DNA of 64,000 nt. Source: Azolla caroliniana. Lineage: Eukaryota; Plantae; Polypodiophyta. This document shows, piece by piece, positions 26,037-38,769 of this stretch. Each line of letters opens with the position of its first letter. Position 1 is the first letter of the stretch. The stretch covers positions 17,608,001 to 17,672,000 of the forward strand of contig JBHGNT010000004.1 of the NCBI GenBank assembly GCA_043228905.1, written 5' to 3'. A model generated the notes under the pieces. It had not been told where the DNA came from and ran no database searches. It worked only from the letters and a program-made list of their open reading frames with translations. Both the position numbers and the translations under genes were made by a program.

Positions 26037-27084
26037 GTTTACCTCGCAAACAAAGGGCTCATTATGCCATTTGGGTTGTTGTTGCTAGACTAACAAAATT
26101 GGCTAGATTGATTCCTACCAAAACCATGGTAACCACTCAACAATTGGCTTATCAATTTGTTGATGAGTTATTTCGTTTTTATGGATTACCAATGGATATT
26201 GTTAGTGATCGAGATTCCAAGTTTACTAATGACTTTTGGACTCAAGTCTTTAAGAAACTAGAAACTACGTTGAACATGAGTTCCGCAAATCATCCTCAAT
26301 CTAATGGACAAACTGAACGAGTTAATCAAATTATTGAGGACATGCTTCGAACTTATGCAAAAACCCCTTCTAAGTGGGAGCAATACCTTCCTATCTTAGA
26401 ATTTGCCTATAATAGCTCTAAACATACATCCACTGGATATAGTCCTTTTATGTTGATGTATGGTTTTCAACCACGTGCCCCAGTCGATGTCACAATTCAT
26501 CGTGATCCATTAGACAGTACACACAATTTTTTGCAAGACATGAACCAAATGTTGCATATTGCCAAAGAAAATGTCAAGACAGCTCAAGATCGTGCTCGAA
26601 TTATCCAGATTAGGAGAGACGTCCTCGTGCACTTACTATTGGTCAAAAAGTTTTTTCGTGTGTCCCAACTGACTCTACGTCATTGTCTACGGGCAAGTGC
26701 GTGAAGTTAGCCTCACGATATTGTGGCCCATTTGAAATCCTTAAACGAGTTGCGTCATCTGCTTATCACCTTGCCTTACCCCGTAACGTTGGTATTCATC
26801 CTGTTTTTCACATCAGTCGTCTAAAACCATTTTTAGGCTCTGGTGATAACACCATCACAATCCAAGATCTTGTAACAGTAGCAGATTTTTCTTACAAACC
26901 TCATGTTCTTGAACGAATTCTTGATTCTCGTACTAAACGTTTACATTCTAAAGAGATTCGGCTATTCAAGCTCAAATGGATGGATAAACCTATTGATGAT
27001 GCACATGGGAACGCGAGCATACTCATAAGGCACAATTTCCTCACTTTATATTGCAAGAGTGCAATCTTTTAAAGTAGGAGAGTA

Positions 27085-27559
27085 TGTTATGCACACATAA
27101 CGTTGGTGAGGGTAGGTCACTAATATTTACATTAGTGAAGGGTATGTTCACTAATGTTAAAAAGGGGGCTAATGTGATTGGATAGAAGGAATGATAGGTG
27201 CATGCACTATCATGATTTGGGCAACCAATGAATGGAGACCCTTTTAGAAAGGCACATCTATTCAAGGGGCCTAGGAAAAGGTATAAATCTGAAACTTAGC
27301 TATCCTCATAAGCACATCACGTTGGAAGGTTGATGTCTTAGACACCGGTGGTGCGGGCTAGTCTTTCGTCTCGATGATCGTGTTTATCTCTTCCAAGGTA
27401 TTAGTCATCCTAGTATCCAGTGGTATGGGACGTCGGTGGTAGGTTGGCTATGTCTAGAGCAAAGCTCGGGGGTGGTCGGGTGGAACGGGTTCTTCTATCC
27501 AATCTATTTTCCTTCTTTTACTTTACTTTGGTCTATTGATTAGTAATAGACTCTTAACA
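27085..27559 (+). repeat. 3' LTR of the host Gypsy element
   Basis: TG...CA, preceded by purine tract aaagtaggagagta; homologous to the solo LTR at 13540-14007. Confidence 0.88.
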
Positions 27560-30500
27560 ATCGAACCACCATAATTTTCTATTTGGGAAACATGCAGAGT
27601 TATTAGATCATTAATCTTTAGATTTTGTTTAAAATCACACATCTCATGTTATTTTTGTTTCTCTAGTAGACCTATTTCATCAAATATGATTGATCGGCTA
27701 AAACGAAACTTGCAGGTATGCAAATCAAATAATTTGTATGCTTTAACTACAGAAGATTCGCCATATCCAGTAAAAATACATTTTCTGTATGAGGATCTAA
27801 TTTCTTCCTTTTGTCTATACGTACATGACTATAAGTTATCAAACCAAACACTCGGAGATGACTAAGGTTTGGTTTATGCTTAAACCAAAGTGAATATGGT
27901 GTTTCAAGACCAAGTATCTTATGTGATGATCAGTTCTACAAGTAACATGCAGTGGCAACCGCTTCTTGCCAGAATCGGAGAGGCAATCCGGCAACTTGAA
28001 GCATACTTCGACTAGTGTCTAGGAGGGTTCGATTCGTACGCTCAGCTATACCATTTTGGTGTGGGTTGTATGGTACAGTATGCTCGTGCTTATTCCATTT
28101 TCTTCACAAAACCTCGTCCATTCATCACTAAAGTACTCCCCTCCATTGTCGGTGCGAATAGTCAAGATCCTAAGTTGACATTGATTTTCTAAATATGCTT
28201 TGTAATTTGTAAATGCATTGTATGCTCCTTATTTCTTCGTAAGAAGTATAAGACCGTAAATCTTGTGAAGTCATTTATAAATGAAATAAAATACTTGTTA
28301 CCATCTATTGATAGAGATTGCATCAGTCCACATAAGTCTAAATAAATTAGTAGTGGTGGTCTTTCCACCCTTTTCTGTTTGCATATTGGAAACTTTTGTC
28401 AACATTGTTTACCGTAGATGCATCCCTCGCATATAGATATATGTTAAATGACTTCATTGGAATTCGTTTGAATAGTTTATGAACTTGATTAGTCTTCATT
28501 GCATTCGGGTTATGCCCAAGTTGATGATGCCAGAGCATTGTAGGATCAATGTATGTAGTGCTTGAATCTGCAAAGAGGGCTTGTATAGGAGTTTTGTCTA
28601 CCATTTGTAAAGGGTAGAGTCTTCCAGATTTAGGGCAAGTTACTCTTAGCATCTCACCAGTAGGCAATTCATGAGAAACCGTAAAATTATTATGAAATTG
28701 TATAGTTATTCCATTTTTTGTTGCTTCACTTACGGATATTAAGTTTCTCATTACACCCAGAACATAATAAACATATGGAATGTTGCTTACCGTCTTCGAT
28801 TTGTTTGGGGACATATTTACTTCCCCTTCTCCAATGGCAATTTTTGTGCCATGGTCACCAAATGTAACTCAGAGTGCTTGTGGAAGAGGGCAATCGTTAT
28901 GTAGAATATTTTTGTTGCTCGTCACATGATGCATTGCCCCAGTGTCGAAGAACCAAAGGTGGTCACTACCTATCTTTTGATTCAATTGACTTTCATTTGC
29001 ATCACTTGTAAAAGCTTGTATAAAATTGTTGTCTTCATCTTCTTCACAATAATTCACATTATCACTTTTCAATGATGCACTATGTATTTGAGGGTAAGAC
29101 TTCTTCCCTTTCCTTTAAAGATTGAATTGCTTCTTTCTACAATCCTTTTCAAAATGACCTACATGTGATTGTAGATATCATCAAGCCTCGCATTCCATTT
29201 GATTCGTTCTTCTATTGAAACTTCTAGTTCAAAAACTGATGAAATTTTTATTTCACAAAGTTGCCTCGATCATTTCTCATTGAGGCTGCCATGGCCATAT
29301 GGCTAGCCTTTGCCATGGCCATATGGCTAGCCTTGTGTTGTGAACTCATTCTTTTCCTTGGTAGTTCATCTTGCTTTAGCTTTGTTACTAAATTTTGTAA
29401 ATTTAAATTTTTGTCTTCACTATGAATACTTATAAAATTCACCCATGATTCTAGTAGATATCAACTAGCCTCCCATTCCATTTGATTTGTTCTTCTGTTG
29501 AAACTTCTGGTTGTTTGGAAACCAATGAAATTTTTGCTTCGCAAAGTTGCCTCGATCATTTCTCATTAAGGCTGTCATGGCCATGTGGATAGCCTCATGT
29601 CGTGAACTCGTTCTTTTCCTTCGTTGTTCATCCTGCTTTAGCTTTGCTACTAAATTTTGTAAATTTAAATTTTTGTCTTCACTGTGAATACTTATAAAAG
29701 TCATCCACGATTCTAGTCGCGCTCCCATTAAAATTTCACACTTGGAAATTTCATCGATATTATTACCTGAAGAGATGGTTGTATCTAATTGTTTTTGCCA
29801 CTTTATTATAAATATGTTGATTTGTTCGTCTTTTTTCATTTATAAGTTCATCAATTATCTGAATGAAAAAAAAAAAATTTGTCCCATCAACTGGTTGATT
29901 AATCTTTCGCAAATACTCCCACATTTTGTTTGTTGTGTTTAAGTTTTGAACATAATCAACTTGCTCATCACTCAAGTGCATTATTATCTCCATTCTAGCA
30001 TCGAGGTCTCGGCTTTTCCACATGCTCCTCCTAGGTTCTTCTTCAGGCATTTTCATGGAACCATCTACTATTTCTTTTAGGTTATTACGCTCCATTATCA
30101 ACTCCATCTGTCTCTTCCACATCTTGTAATTGTGAGTAGTTAGTTTTTCAACTACATATTTTCTTACCATACTTTATGTATTTGCAGGATGGTGATTGTT
30201 TGATGTGGATGCGAACAAGTTTTCTAATTCTTCTTCAAACTCCATCTTGCTTAGATCGTCTGGATCAATCCAAGAACAAAATGTTGTGTTTTGATTGATG
30301 TCTCTAATTTAGCTCTAATACCATGTAAGAAATCAAGCAATAACATAAACTATAGGAAGAAATAATAGAGAGAAAGAGAGATCAAGAAACTAGTTGTTGT
30401 ATTTCTCACACCACATGAATAGTGGTTACAATGTGTATATATAAGATTAAAGAGAGAGGGTAGTTACAAAACGTTTTTATAAAACAAGGGTATTTTAGGA

Positions 30501-30577
30501 ATAATTATTTCTTACTTTATTTATTATAATATGTTTTTATTGTCTCCTAATATTATTCTTTATTTTATATTCTAACA
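27560..30577 (-). mobile_element. Ty1/Copia 5' portion (5' LTR, iMet PBS, gag, protease, integrase), truncated where the Gypsy LTR ends
   Basis: LTR at 30324-30577 (TG..CA); PBS tggtattagagct (iMet type) at 30311-30323; gag NYKMWK..ME; protease WFFDTGAMHH; NLISVS; LWHHQLGH; integrase RTDNGGEYF, PTPKW(PQQNG-like)...AER. Confidence 0.88.
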
Positions 30578-30761
30578 GGGAAGTGTTTAATGCAGGAAGA
30601 AAACTTGGTATATGTCCTTCCCATCCCTCAAAGAGAGATTTGGCTATGTTAGAGCGGTCACTTCACATGTAGTAGATAATAGGATCAATGGTTATTATCT
30701 CCATTTTTTATCTTTTCTTTCAAGAACATATTAAATTTCATTCTTCTCTCCCACTTTCCAA

Positions 30762-30832
30762 GGGGGCGTAGCTCAAATGGTGAGGATCGCTTTGCATGCA
30801 ATAGGTAATGAGATCAACACCCATCTTCACCA
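30762..30832 (+). pseudogene. tRNA-Ala pseudogene
   Basis: GGGGGCGTAGCTCAAATGGTGAGGATCGCTTTGCATGCAATAGG...TCACCA then TTTT; aligns to the tRNA at 39994 with D-stem deletions and CpG-type transitions. Confidence 0.8.
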
Positions 30833-31181
30833 TTTTCTTTTCTTTCCGAAAGGATTCCAACTTATCCTTTGCTTCCCAAAACTATCCATCCACATCTCAC
30901 TACCCCCATGAGCTTTGGCTCTTAGGGAGCCTTAACAATTCCTCAAACTTCTCCCACATGGGTTACGAAAATAACCAAGCTATATTGAACTTTTCTTTCC
31001 ATAATGTATCCACATGGGTTTGCACGTCCACAACATGGGGCTCTCATATTTCCAACGGTCGTCTCCCTGTCACAAGATCTACTAGTGGCCTTTGAAGTGA
31101 TAGTTCTGACACATGAATTGTAAATATTGTATTTTACATCAAGATGTTGATTCACAAATATGTATAAATATAGGCATTTTG

Positions 31182-31515
31182 AAAAATATAATGTTTTCAT
31201 ATAATAATTGTGAAAATAAGTTGAGATTCTCAATGTTCAAGAACTTTACTAATAAACATCATTATTGAGAATGCACATTATGATTGCAAGAGAAAGTTGA
31301 GGAAGGATTGGGTTGGATCAAATATGTGCGAAAAGCATAGTCTAATTTTAATAAAAAATATAATGTCTTTATATAATAATTGTGAAAATAAGTTGAGATT
31401 CTCAATGTTCAAGAACTTTACTAATGAATATCATAATTGAGAGTGCACATTATGATTACAAGAGAGTTGTGGAAGGATTGGGTTGGATCAAAGATGCATG
31501 GAAAGCATAGTCAAA
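31182..31515. repeat. ~173-bp direct duplication
   Basis: aaaaatataatg...gtgaaaataagttgagattctcaatgttcaagaac...ggattgggttggatcaaa...aaagcatagtc at ~31182 and ~31355. Confidence 0.85.
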
Positions 31516-32763
31516 TGTGATCTAAGGCAAAGCATTATCTCACAATATTACACTCAATTTCCTGAACTTGTTTTGAGAAAAATATAAATAGTGGACTAGT
31601 CTCATTATTTGTGTCCAAACTTCCCCTCTCAAATTGAAGTGAGTGGGAACTAAGTCATATGAAAGCAATGGTTTGAATGACAAGAAGAAGATGAACTCTA
31701 ACATGAATCCATGTATGTGGTTTCATTGTTCAACAATGAATATAGTTTTGTAATGAGGTGTAATGAAGTGCAATATAACGTGTGAAGCATGGACCTCCAC
31801 ATTTTTCCTACGCCATGATATTTTGGTGTGCAAGAAGGCCGTATTCACACGGAACCTATAGATGCACCATAATAAGGGTGTTGCATCCCACCTTCCAAAC
31901 CATTTACATGTCATATCTTACATCCAATAAAACACAAAGTTTTGATTTTGTGTCTTTGATCTTTTATATGTTTCCCATGTGATTCTAGGCAGTCACTCTG
32001 AGAAACTTTTTGAACCTTGAGGATGTAACCCTTCTCTTCTCTAATAATAGTTATAAAATGAGATAATTACTTTTAAAACTTACTGCATACTTTTAAAACT
32101 TACCACATAAAAATCTAAAGGATATTTAGTCAATTAGTTCAATACCCACACTACACAATTGAACTTAAGTACTTAAGATGGGGATACTAAAACACTACTA
32201 CTCAACATATAATTACACAAGTTGTCCAACAAAGTTCATGATCATGATTCAAGCATATTTGGATTTTAATTTACTGTACAACATGTATGATTCATGATCA
32301 TATGCCATCATCCTATCACTATGCTAAACTTCCCCGCAAGGGTTCAATACCATAAACAAACATTACCAAATCCCCCAATTAATGATACTCACCTCTTTGG
32401 ATTAAAAAATGTATTTATTTGGATATGCCAAACGACATGACTATTCTACAAAGACACAATTGCACATACATGCCCAATAACTCAAATAGAAGGATGCCAA
32501 AAAGCTATAGATTCCAACCAGCTTGTTTTAAAGGGTGTCATGCCAACTTCCATCTATGCAGGCTAGCTCATATATTTATTTGTGAATCCTCATAATAACT
32601 AAGCTTCAAAAATGGCATTGACATCTAGTTTATCTAAAACATATAGCACAGAAACATAAATCATTGACTAGTTTAAACTTCATTGTTCTTGAAGAACAAA
32701 GTTTTTATACCCCTCTCAATAACTACTCCCATCCAACTTCATATTAAGATGAGAATAGACTTT

Positions 32764-35593
32764 TTAGCAATTCTTACATGTGTCCCCATGGCTGCATCGC
32801 TTCACTTCAAAGATCACTGCCCTCTCATTTGATGTCATTGCATAGTCTAATATTATCCTCATTGCCTGAGATGAAGTTCAAAGCAAGTTTAATTACATTT
32901 ATTCAAACATAGCCTAAAATATTTGAGCAATGGCCCACTTTCTTCATATTTTGCGCCACACATGGGTCAAGTCAATCAACAAACACAAGTATTGAATACG
33001 TCAGATCGGGGGGAAGGGTGTGACTAACATCCAGAATGAATTCAGAAGTACATATAATATGATAACAGGACATACACACACACATAGATAGATAGATATA
33101 GATATACTCTACGCATACATATATATAATATATTGTTTTCATTTCAAATATAACCAATCATGAAGTTTAGAATGAGAATAATGCAAACTAATAGAGATAA
33201 AGTGGAAAAGGTGAAGGAAACGATCAGTTTCCAAGTCCAACCAGATGTCCTGAAACTATATTACCAGTGTTGAGATATTTTTGAGCATACATACACATGG
33301 TACTGGTTGAACTGCAAAAAACATGCAGATAATGTTCTCACGGGGTAAACTGTAAAACTTTTGTGAGTCAAATATGTTTCATGGTCTTTGTTTAGTGTAA
33401 ACCAATGCTCAAGTATATAGTTGGTAGCACATGTTTCGTGAAATATGTGGGAATACATATATACAGTATAAGGTAGATCTACAAGAAAACAAATCATGCT
33501 TGGTTTTTTGAATTGGTAAGCAAGTAATGTGTAAGTCTCAACTCCTCAAGATATTCTGCACATAACATACTAAAAAAGGAAATTGGCCACAATTCCTTCT
33601 TGTGGTAGTAAAAGATGCCCACAAATATCATTGGCCATATAAGCCAATAAATCCTTCTCATGAATCAATCAGAATCAATTCAATTCACAAGAGCTGCTAG
33701 CTGAATATTGCAATACCATGCCAAACTGTGGGATAATGGATTTACTTCTTGTTAGAAGATGAGTATTAAACGGCTTCTAAACCAATCTGTTCTTGCACAA
33801 TGCCATGCTCTAAAACTCTCCCAGCTATAAACCCTTCGAACCTCAAACACAATAGGAAACACTAGAACAACTTCTATGCAACAATGCAATGCCTCAGCTG
33901 ATTATGTCAATTGACCTATCTCACATTTAGCTACCTTAGTGAAACTTAGAATTGCAATACATATTTGTGAATCTACTGACCTCAAAATATCAAATGATTG
34001 TGAATCCACTTGGAAAGAAACATAGACCCACATGCTATCAATATGGTACCAAATCTCCTTATGCAGCCACATCATTAATCTGTACTAATTAGAACCAAGT
34101 CTGCATAAATTCAGATTCCATAGCATATCCAGATATTCGCATGGTGATGGGATGAAACCATTCTGACCTGAGCTATGTTGCAACACATCTTTTGGTTTTA
34201 CATGCATGACGGTATTCATCCACTATGCAAATGAGCATACACAAGTGACTAATGTTGGATTGTGATACTCGGTGGATAAAACAAAACCATGATCACCTTT
34301 TCCTGGGTGGATCAGATATTTCCCTCATCAATGGGAATATATATTGGCAGTGAGGCAGGACCTTCCAACAAATTGTAGGCAAAATAATGCTTGCAAGGCT
34401 ACATGCAGGGTATACCTTTAGATGAGGTTTGGAGCAAGCATAAGCAACATATATACCGCTGATTATAAAACTCAAAACTTCCTATATCCCATTGTGTCTC
34501 TAATCCCCTGCTATACTAATCCGTGATCTACATTCCTACTATGGATAAGCAACCTTTGGAAATGAGAATCCTTCCATAACTAGAGTATAGTTCAATGCAT
34601 CTCTACAAACAAAGAGTGTCACAGTAAAAAGGATCTGAATACTATACATATGCCCAAAAATATTTGATCAAAAGGAATTACGATCAGTTACCTTATCTTT
34701 GTTAGCCAATTTGTGCTTTAAAACCATCTCATTTAGGTACTGGTCATGCTGAAGCAAAAAAATAAACAGGCAAAAGAACATAGTTACATATCACAACATG
34801 ATATGAGTGCTTCCACTTGCAACCTATCACTTACCACTAAATCAATGGTATGTGTGCTGCAAATTTTCTCCTTATTGTTGCAAAAGTTACATCTAATCTG
34901 ACATAGCAATGCAGTTATTTTTTATTATGTTCCATGTTCAAAGTAAGGATTTTCTCACATAATTTCAACAAAAGTGTGGTGTGCAAACCTGCTCAAAGAT
35001 GTTCATCTCATTACCAGAATGTTGAGCGTAAGTCAGCAAGATACGCAAAGCTTTATCTATAAAGGAAAGAAAATAAATGTTCTGGATGTTGTTAGGATAT
35101 GTTGTGTCTATACACAGACATACATATATAAAACACATACATCAACATACATACACACTTACACATAAACATACACATACATATATATATATATATATAT
35201 AATCTATATGCCTATTACCAACACTAGGCAAGGAAAACTCTTCGGTGCACTTCTGAAGCCACACATGGTGTCCCTGTTCAAGAACTAATTCAATCTTTAC
35301 TTTCTTCTTATCAGCAGAAGCTGCAGATGAACTCTGGGGGGGAAACCAATATCATCCCCGAACCTTGTCAACAATAGGATGGCCAAAGGAAAGATTCAAA
35401 AACAACAACGTAAGAGAATGATGGAGCGTAACTCCGACGGTGTACAGTTTACCTTCAATTCATCCTCCTCCTCCTCCTTCTTCTTCTTGTTCTGCTGCTG
35501 CTGCTGGAGGAAGATTCCATGGTAAGCTAAGATGGAGATGCAGAACACACCAATTGCTAAAGTGGCTGCGATGCAGAGGGTCTTGGGTTCCAT
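32764..35593 (-). CDS. Uncharacterised 181-aa protein: N-terminal hydrophobic anchor plus two internal repeats each ending in IFE-x-x-RC (six exons: 35593-35453, 35333-35219, 35056-34989, 34897-34835, 34748-34692, 32865-32764)
   Basis: All introns are GT-AG with consistent phases; the spliced product contains DKALRILLTYA..IFEQIRCNFC and DKAMRIILDYA..IFEVKRCSHGDTCKNC*. Confidence 0.85.
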
Positions 35594-35674
35594 GGCTCTT
35601 CTCGGCTTAATTGCATAATGTGTGTCTGTCTATCGATGTATCTGTATACATACATATGTACATACATACATATC

Positions 35675-35705
<31 letters not shown>

Positions 35706-36631
35706 GTATGTATGCACGTGCATATGTACGTACGTACGTACGTATAGAGATATGTATGTATGTATCGATGTATCTGTATACATACATAGTACATACATAC
35801 ATACACACACATAGATAGGTATGTATGTATCGATGTACACTAGAAGAGTGAGCATTCACCATTTCACATTAGACTCGCATTTCGGAATATGACTATGGTT
35901 GTCTTGAGAAGCCGAGTCCGAAATGTTTTATTTAATTGGGGGCTTGATTTTTTCACACACTATGTAGAACGGTATTACATCGACGTGCGCCCATTTTTTA
36001 TCTAAGATTTTATGAAGCTTCCAACGATTGCATACATGTCCACTAGTTATGGATAATCTGTCGCAGAGGACTGACATGAGTTGTGCGCTCTCTTCTGTTT
36101 TAGGAGTGATAAGAGTCACATTTCAAGTCTACAACATCTTGCCCAATTAAAAAATTGTATTTTGTATCAAATTTATGCTCATCATTTTACCCTTTACACA
36201 AGAATGAATTCAATCAAACCAAGATTAGGGTTTAAGGAGAACGTTAGGAATTTAGGGCTACCCTAAACCGTAAACGCGACTCATGGATCCAATTTCACCC
36301 GACAATAATGGTTCCAACTATCACCTCAAATGGTTGGCGCGATCCATGTGATTCCAAATGTTGCACATAGGGATTGGTCTATTCTTTGAGTCTGTTTTCG
36401 ATCGTAAATGTTTCATAAAGATTCCTATGCATTCACTTTGATTGATGTTTCATATGCGCTCTCTAATCTTATGATATTATCAATGTTTTTTCATCATAAA
36501 TGTGTTCTTTTTTTGGTTTGGGGGTTGGGGGGGGACTCTTCTAAAGTATCTGAAAAGTAGAGGCCCATTTTTATAAATTCTTCGCATTCCCTGTTACATT
36601 TGTGATTTCTAAGCAGTGAAAGAGGAAAGCT

Positions 36632-38769
36632 ATGGCTCTCTGCTGCTCACTCAACAGCATATACCCTAATCCACTGACGGGACATGGCCGATTCAATGTC
36701 CTCTGTAAAGAAAGCTTTCATGCAGAGCGTCTTGGAGCTTCAAATGATATCTTTCCTCCTCATATTCCTCGGTGTGGAAGAAGGAAGGGAATTGTGTGGT
36801 CTCTCACCACGTTCTTCATCTCTCAACACAACTCCCTAAACCTGTTTGGCCTTGGTGATGAAGCTCGTGCATCTCTAGTCCAAATGCCACCTACAAGCCT
36901 TAATAACAGGCGGGTTTTTTTGTATATTTATGTTTTTAGTTTGCATTGTTTATCCTGCCAGAGGGTTTTTCCATAGGAAAATCTCTAATTGTGTAGCTGG
37001 AACTGAAACATGGGATTTCACTTGAGTTTCTATTCTCAAGTTCTTTGTAAATACATGGCTGCGATGATGTATAGCATTGGGTTAATTTTGCAAGACTGGG
37101 TGATGCTTGAAACATTCGATTATATTTTCTTTCTTCTCAGTTAGTGTATGTGAATAAAGGGTTATGATGACACAACATTGGCTTACTTTTGGATATCGAA
37201 CTTCAGATCATGCTTGCCTTTGCTAAGTTGAATTATATTTTGAGGTATTGATTTATGATTTGGACATTTGAAACAGTCCGAATTAAAATTTTATTTTCTT
37301 CTCTATAATGCTGGTTACTTATAATAAATATATTGGGATCCACTTGGATGATGGACTCCATGATTTGTGTGCAGTTATAGTCTTGTTATATGATTTCCTA
37401 TAACAGAATTTTGGGTTATGCTAGGAACATTTAATTCTATTTTTTATAATTTGTATTCTTCTCCTCTAATGCTAGATATTCTTAGATAAGTAATAGGATT
37501 TCATTGAGATAAAAGAGGATGATTCCATTGTTATCATGCAGTTATTATCTCGTCCGATCTGGAGAGTCTGAATTCGAGAGCATTGGTATTATAAACACAA
37601 ATCCAGTTGACAAAACAAACATGCAAAGTGGGTTGTCAGCAAATGGCAGGAAACAAACCATGAAAGCTGCAATGACATTGAGAGAAATTGGAGCATGTGA
37701 AGCAAGTTGTTGGATATGGCCGTCAATTACGCAACGTGCATATCAGACAGCTGAAATCATTGCTTACCTCAATAACATCAACCGCAGGTTGTTCTTATTA
37801 TCCTAGCATTATTGATGGCAAGAAAACCATTTTCTTGTGAAATTTTCTCCATTATTTTCTTTTCATATTGAAGGATTTCTCCATTCAATTTCAGATGCAA
37901 GATCACAATGGTTTTTATCTCATTTGCATTTGTGTTAAATATAGGCCCAGATTATGTGACACATTTGCATCCGTGTATCCATCGAAACATCACCATCACT
38001 CACATATAAAATCTACATACATTCTTTTCCCAGGGGGAAACAAAAAGAATTAGGTTTGGATTATAATTTTTTGTTTGTTTGCGTTTTTTGTTACTTTGCC
38101 AGCCGGATTGTACCTGAGTATAGCTTTTTGGATGCTCGTGGAGTCGGAGCTTATGAAGGCAAAAGTCTAAATGTGTTGAGCAAGGTCTACGAACTCGATG
38201 CTGAGTCTTCAAATATTCGGCCCCCTCCATATACAGATGGGACACCTAATGAGAGTGTCGCTGATGTTTTCGTGCGGATAGTACAACTAATGTCTGTTTT
38301 AGAAACACAATACTTTGCTGATAACATCATAATTGTGGCACCTGATTCAGATAATTTGTCTATACTTCAGGCGGCTTTGACAGGGACCGATCTTCGTAGG
38401 TAAGCCTTTCAGGAACAGGTTTTTGCTTGCAAAATACCCTGAACTTGTTGCATATTTAACAGAACACCCCCTAAGTTTTCTAAAAGTATCACTAGTAATC
38501 TTCTTCATACTACGGAGGTAGTGATGGCATGGACATTTTTGAAAACTCAACTGTTACTTGAATTTTTGAAACCTTAGGGGTGTTCTAATAATGACCCAAC
38601 AAGCTAGGGTTATTTAAGGTGTTCAGCCCTTTTCCTTGCTATAGTATGTTTTTTGAGGTCTTTCTGAAAGAATTACATTTGAACCAGGCATAGTACACTC
38701 TCATTTGCTCCAGGCGAAGTTCGGGTTGTGGATTTCAGTAACTCGAAACCTAGAGTTTTGTCCTTCTAA
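36632..38769 (+). CDS. Phosphoglycerate mutase-like (histidine phosphatase superfamily) protein, probably plastid-targeted (exons 36632-36909, 37542-37787, 38103-38399, 38688-38769)
   Basis: QMPP..NN-YYLVRSGESE, NTNPVDKT, IWPSITQRAYQTAE, IVPEYSFLDARG, DGTPNESVADVFVR, APDSDNLSILQA, HSTLSFAPGEVR; transit-peptide-like N-terminus. Confidence 0.85.

Larger units (their letters stand above)
19430..27559 (+). mobile_element. 5'-truncated Ty3/Gypsy host element (RNase H end, integrase, chromodomain-like tail, 3' LTR), interrupted by a nested insertion
   Basis: EFDFSIRYRKG..VDALSR, AGHPG, FFWPKM, GLLHPLDIP, DFIV before 20021; resumes at 26042 with IWVVV.RLTKLA, IVSDRDSKF, HPQSNGQTERVN, YCGPF, IHPVFHIS; PPT at 27071-27084 then LTR. 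Confidence 0.88.

Noticed and set aside
34290-34610. Extra exon-like segments within the long last intron of the RHH-like gene
   Set aside because: Including them would break the DK|AMRI repeat motif; no support without RNA data
35334-35365. In-frame TGA (VRG*YWFPPQ) suggesting selenocysteine in the RHH-like gene
   Set aside because: A stronger acceptor (ggtttcccccccag) just downstream skips the TGA in the same phase, and land plants lack Sec machinery
35607-35862. Five overlapping Y/I/H/M-rich ORFs
   Set aside because: Translations of TATG/CATA simple repeats
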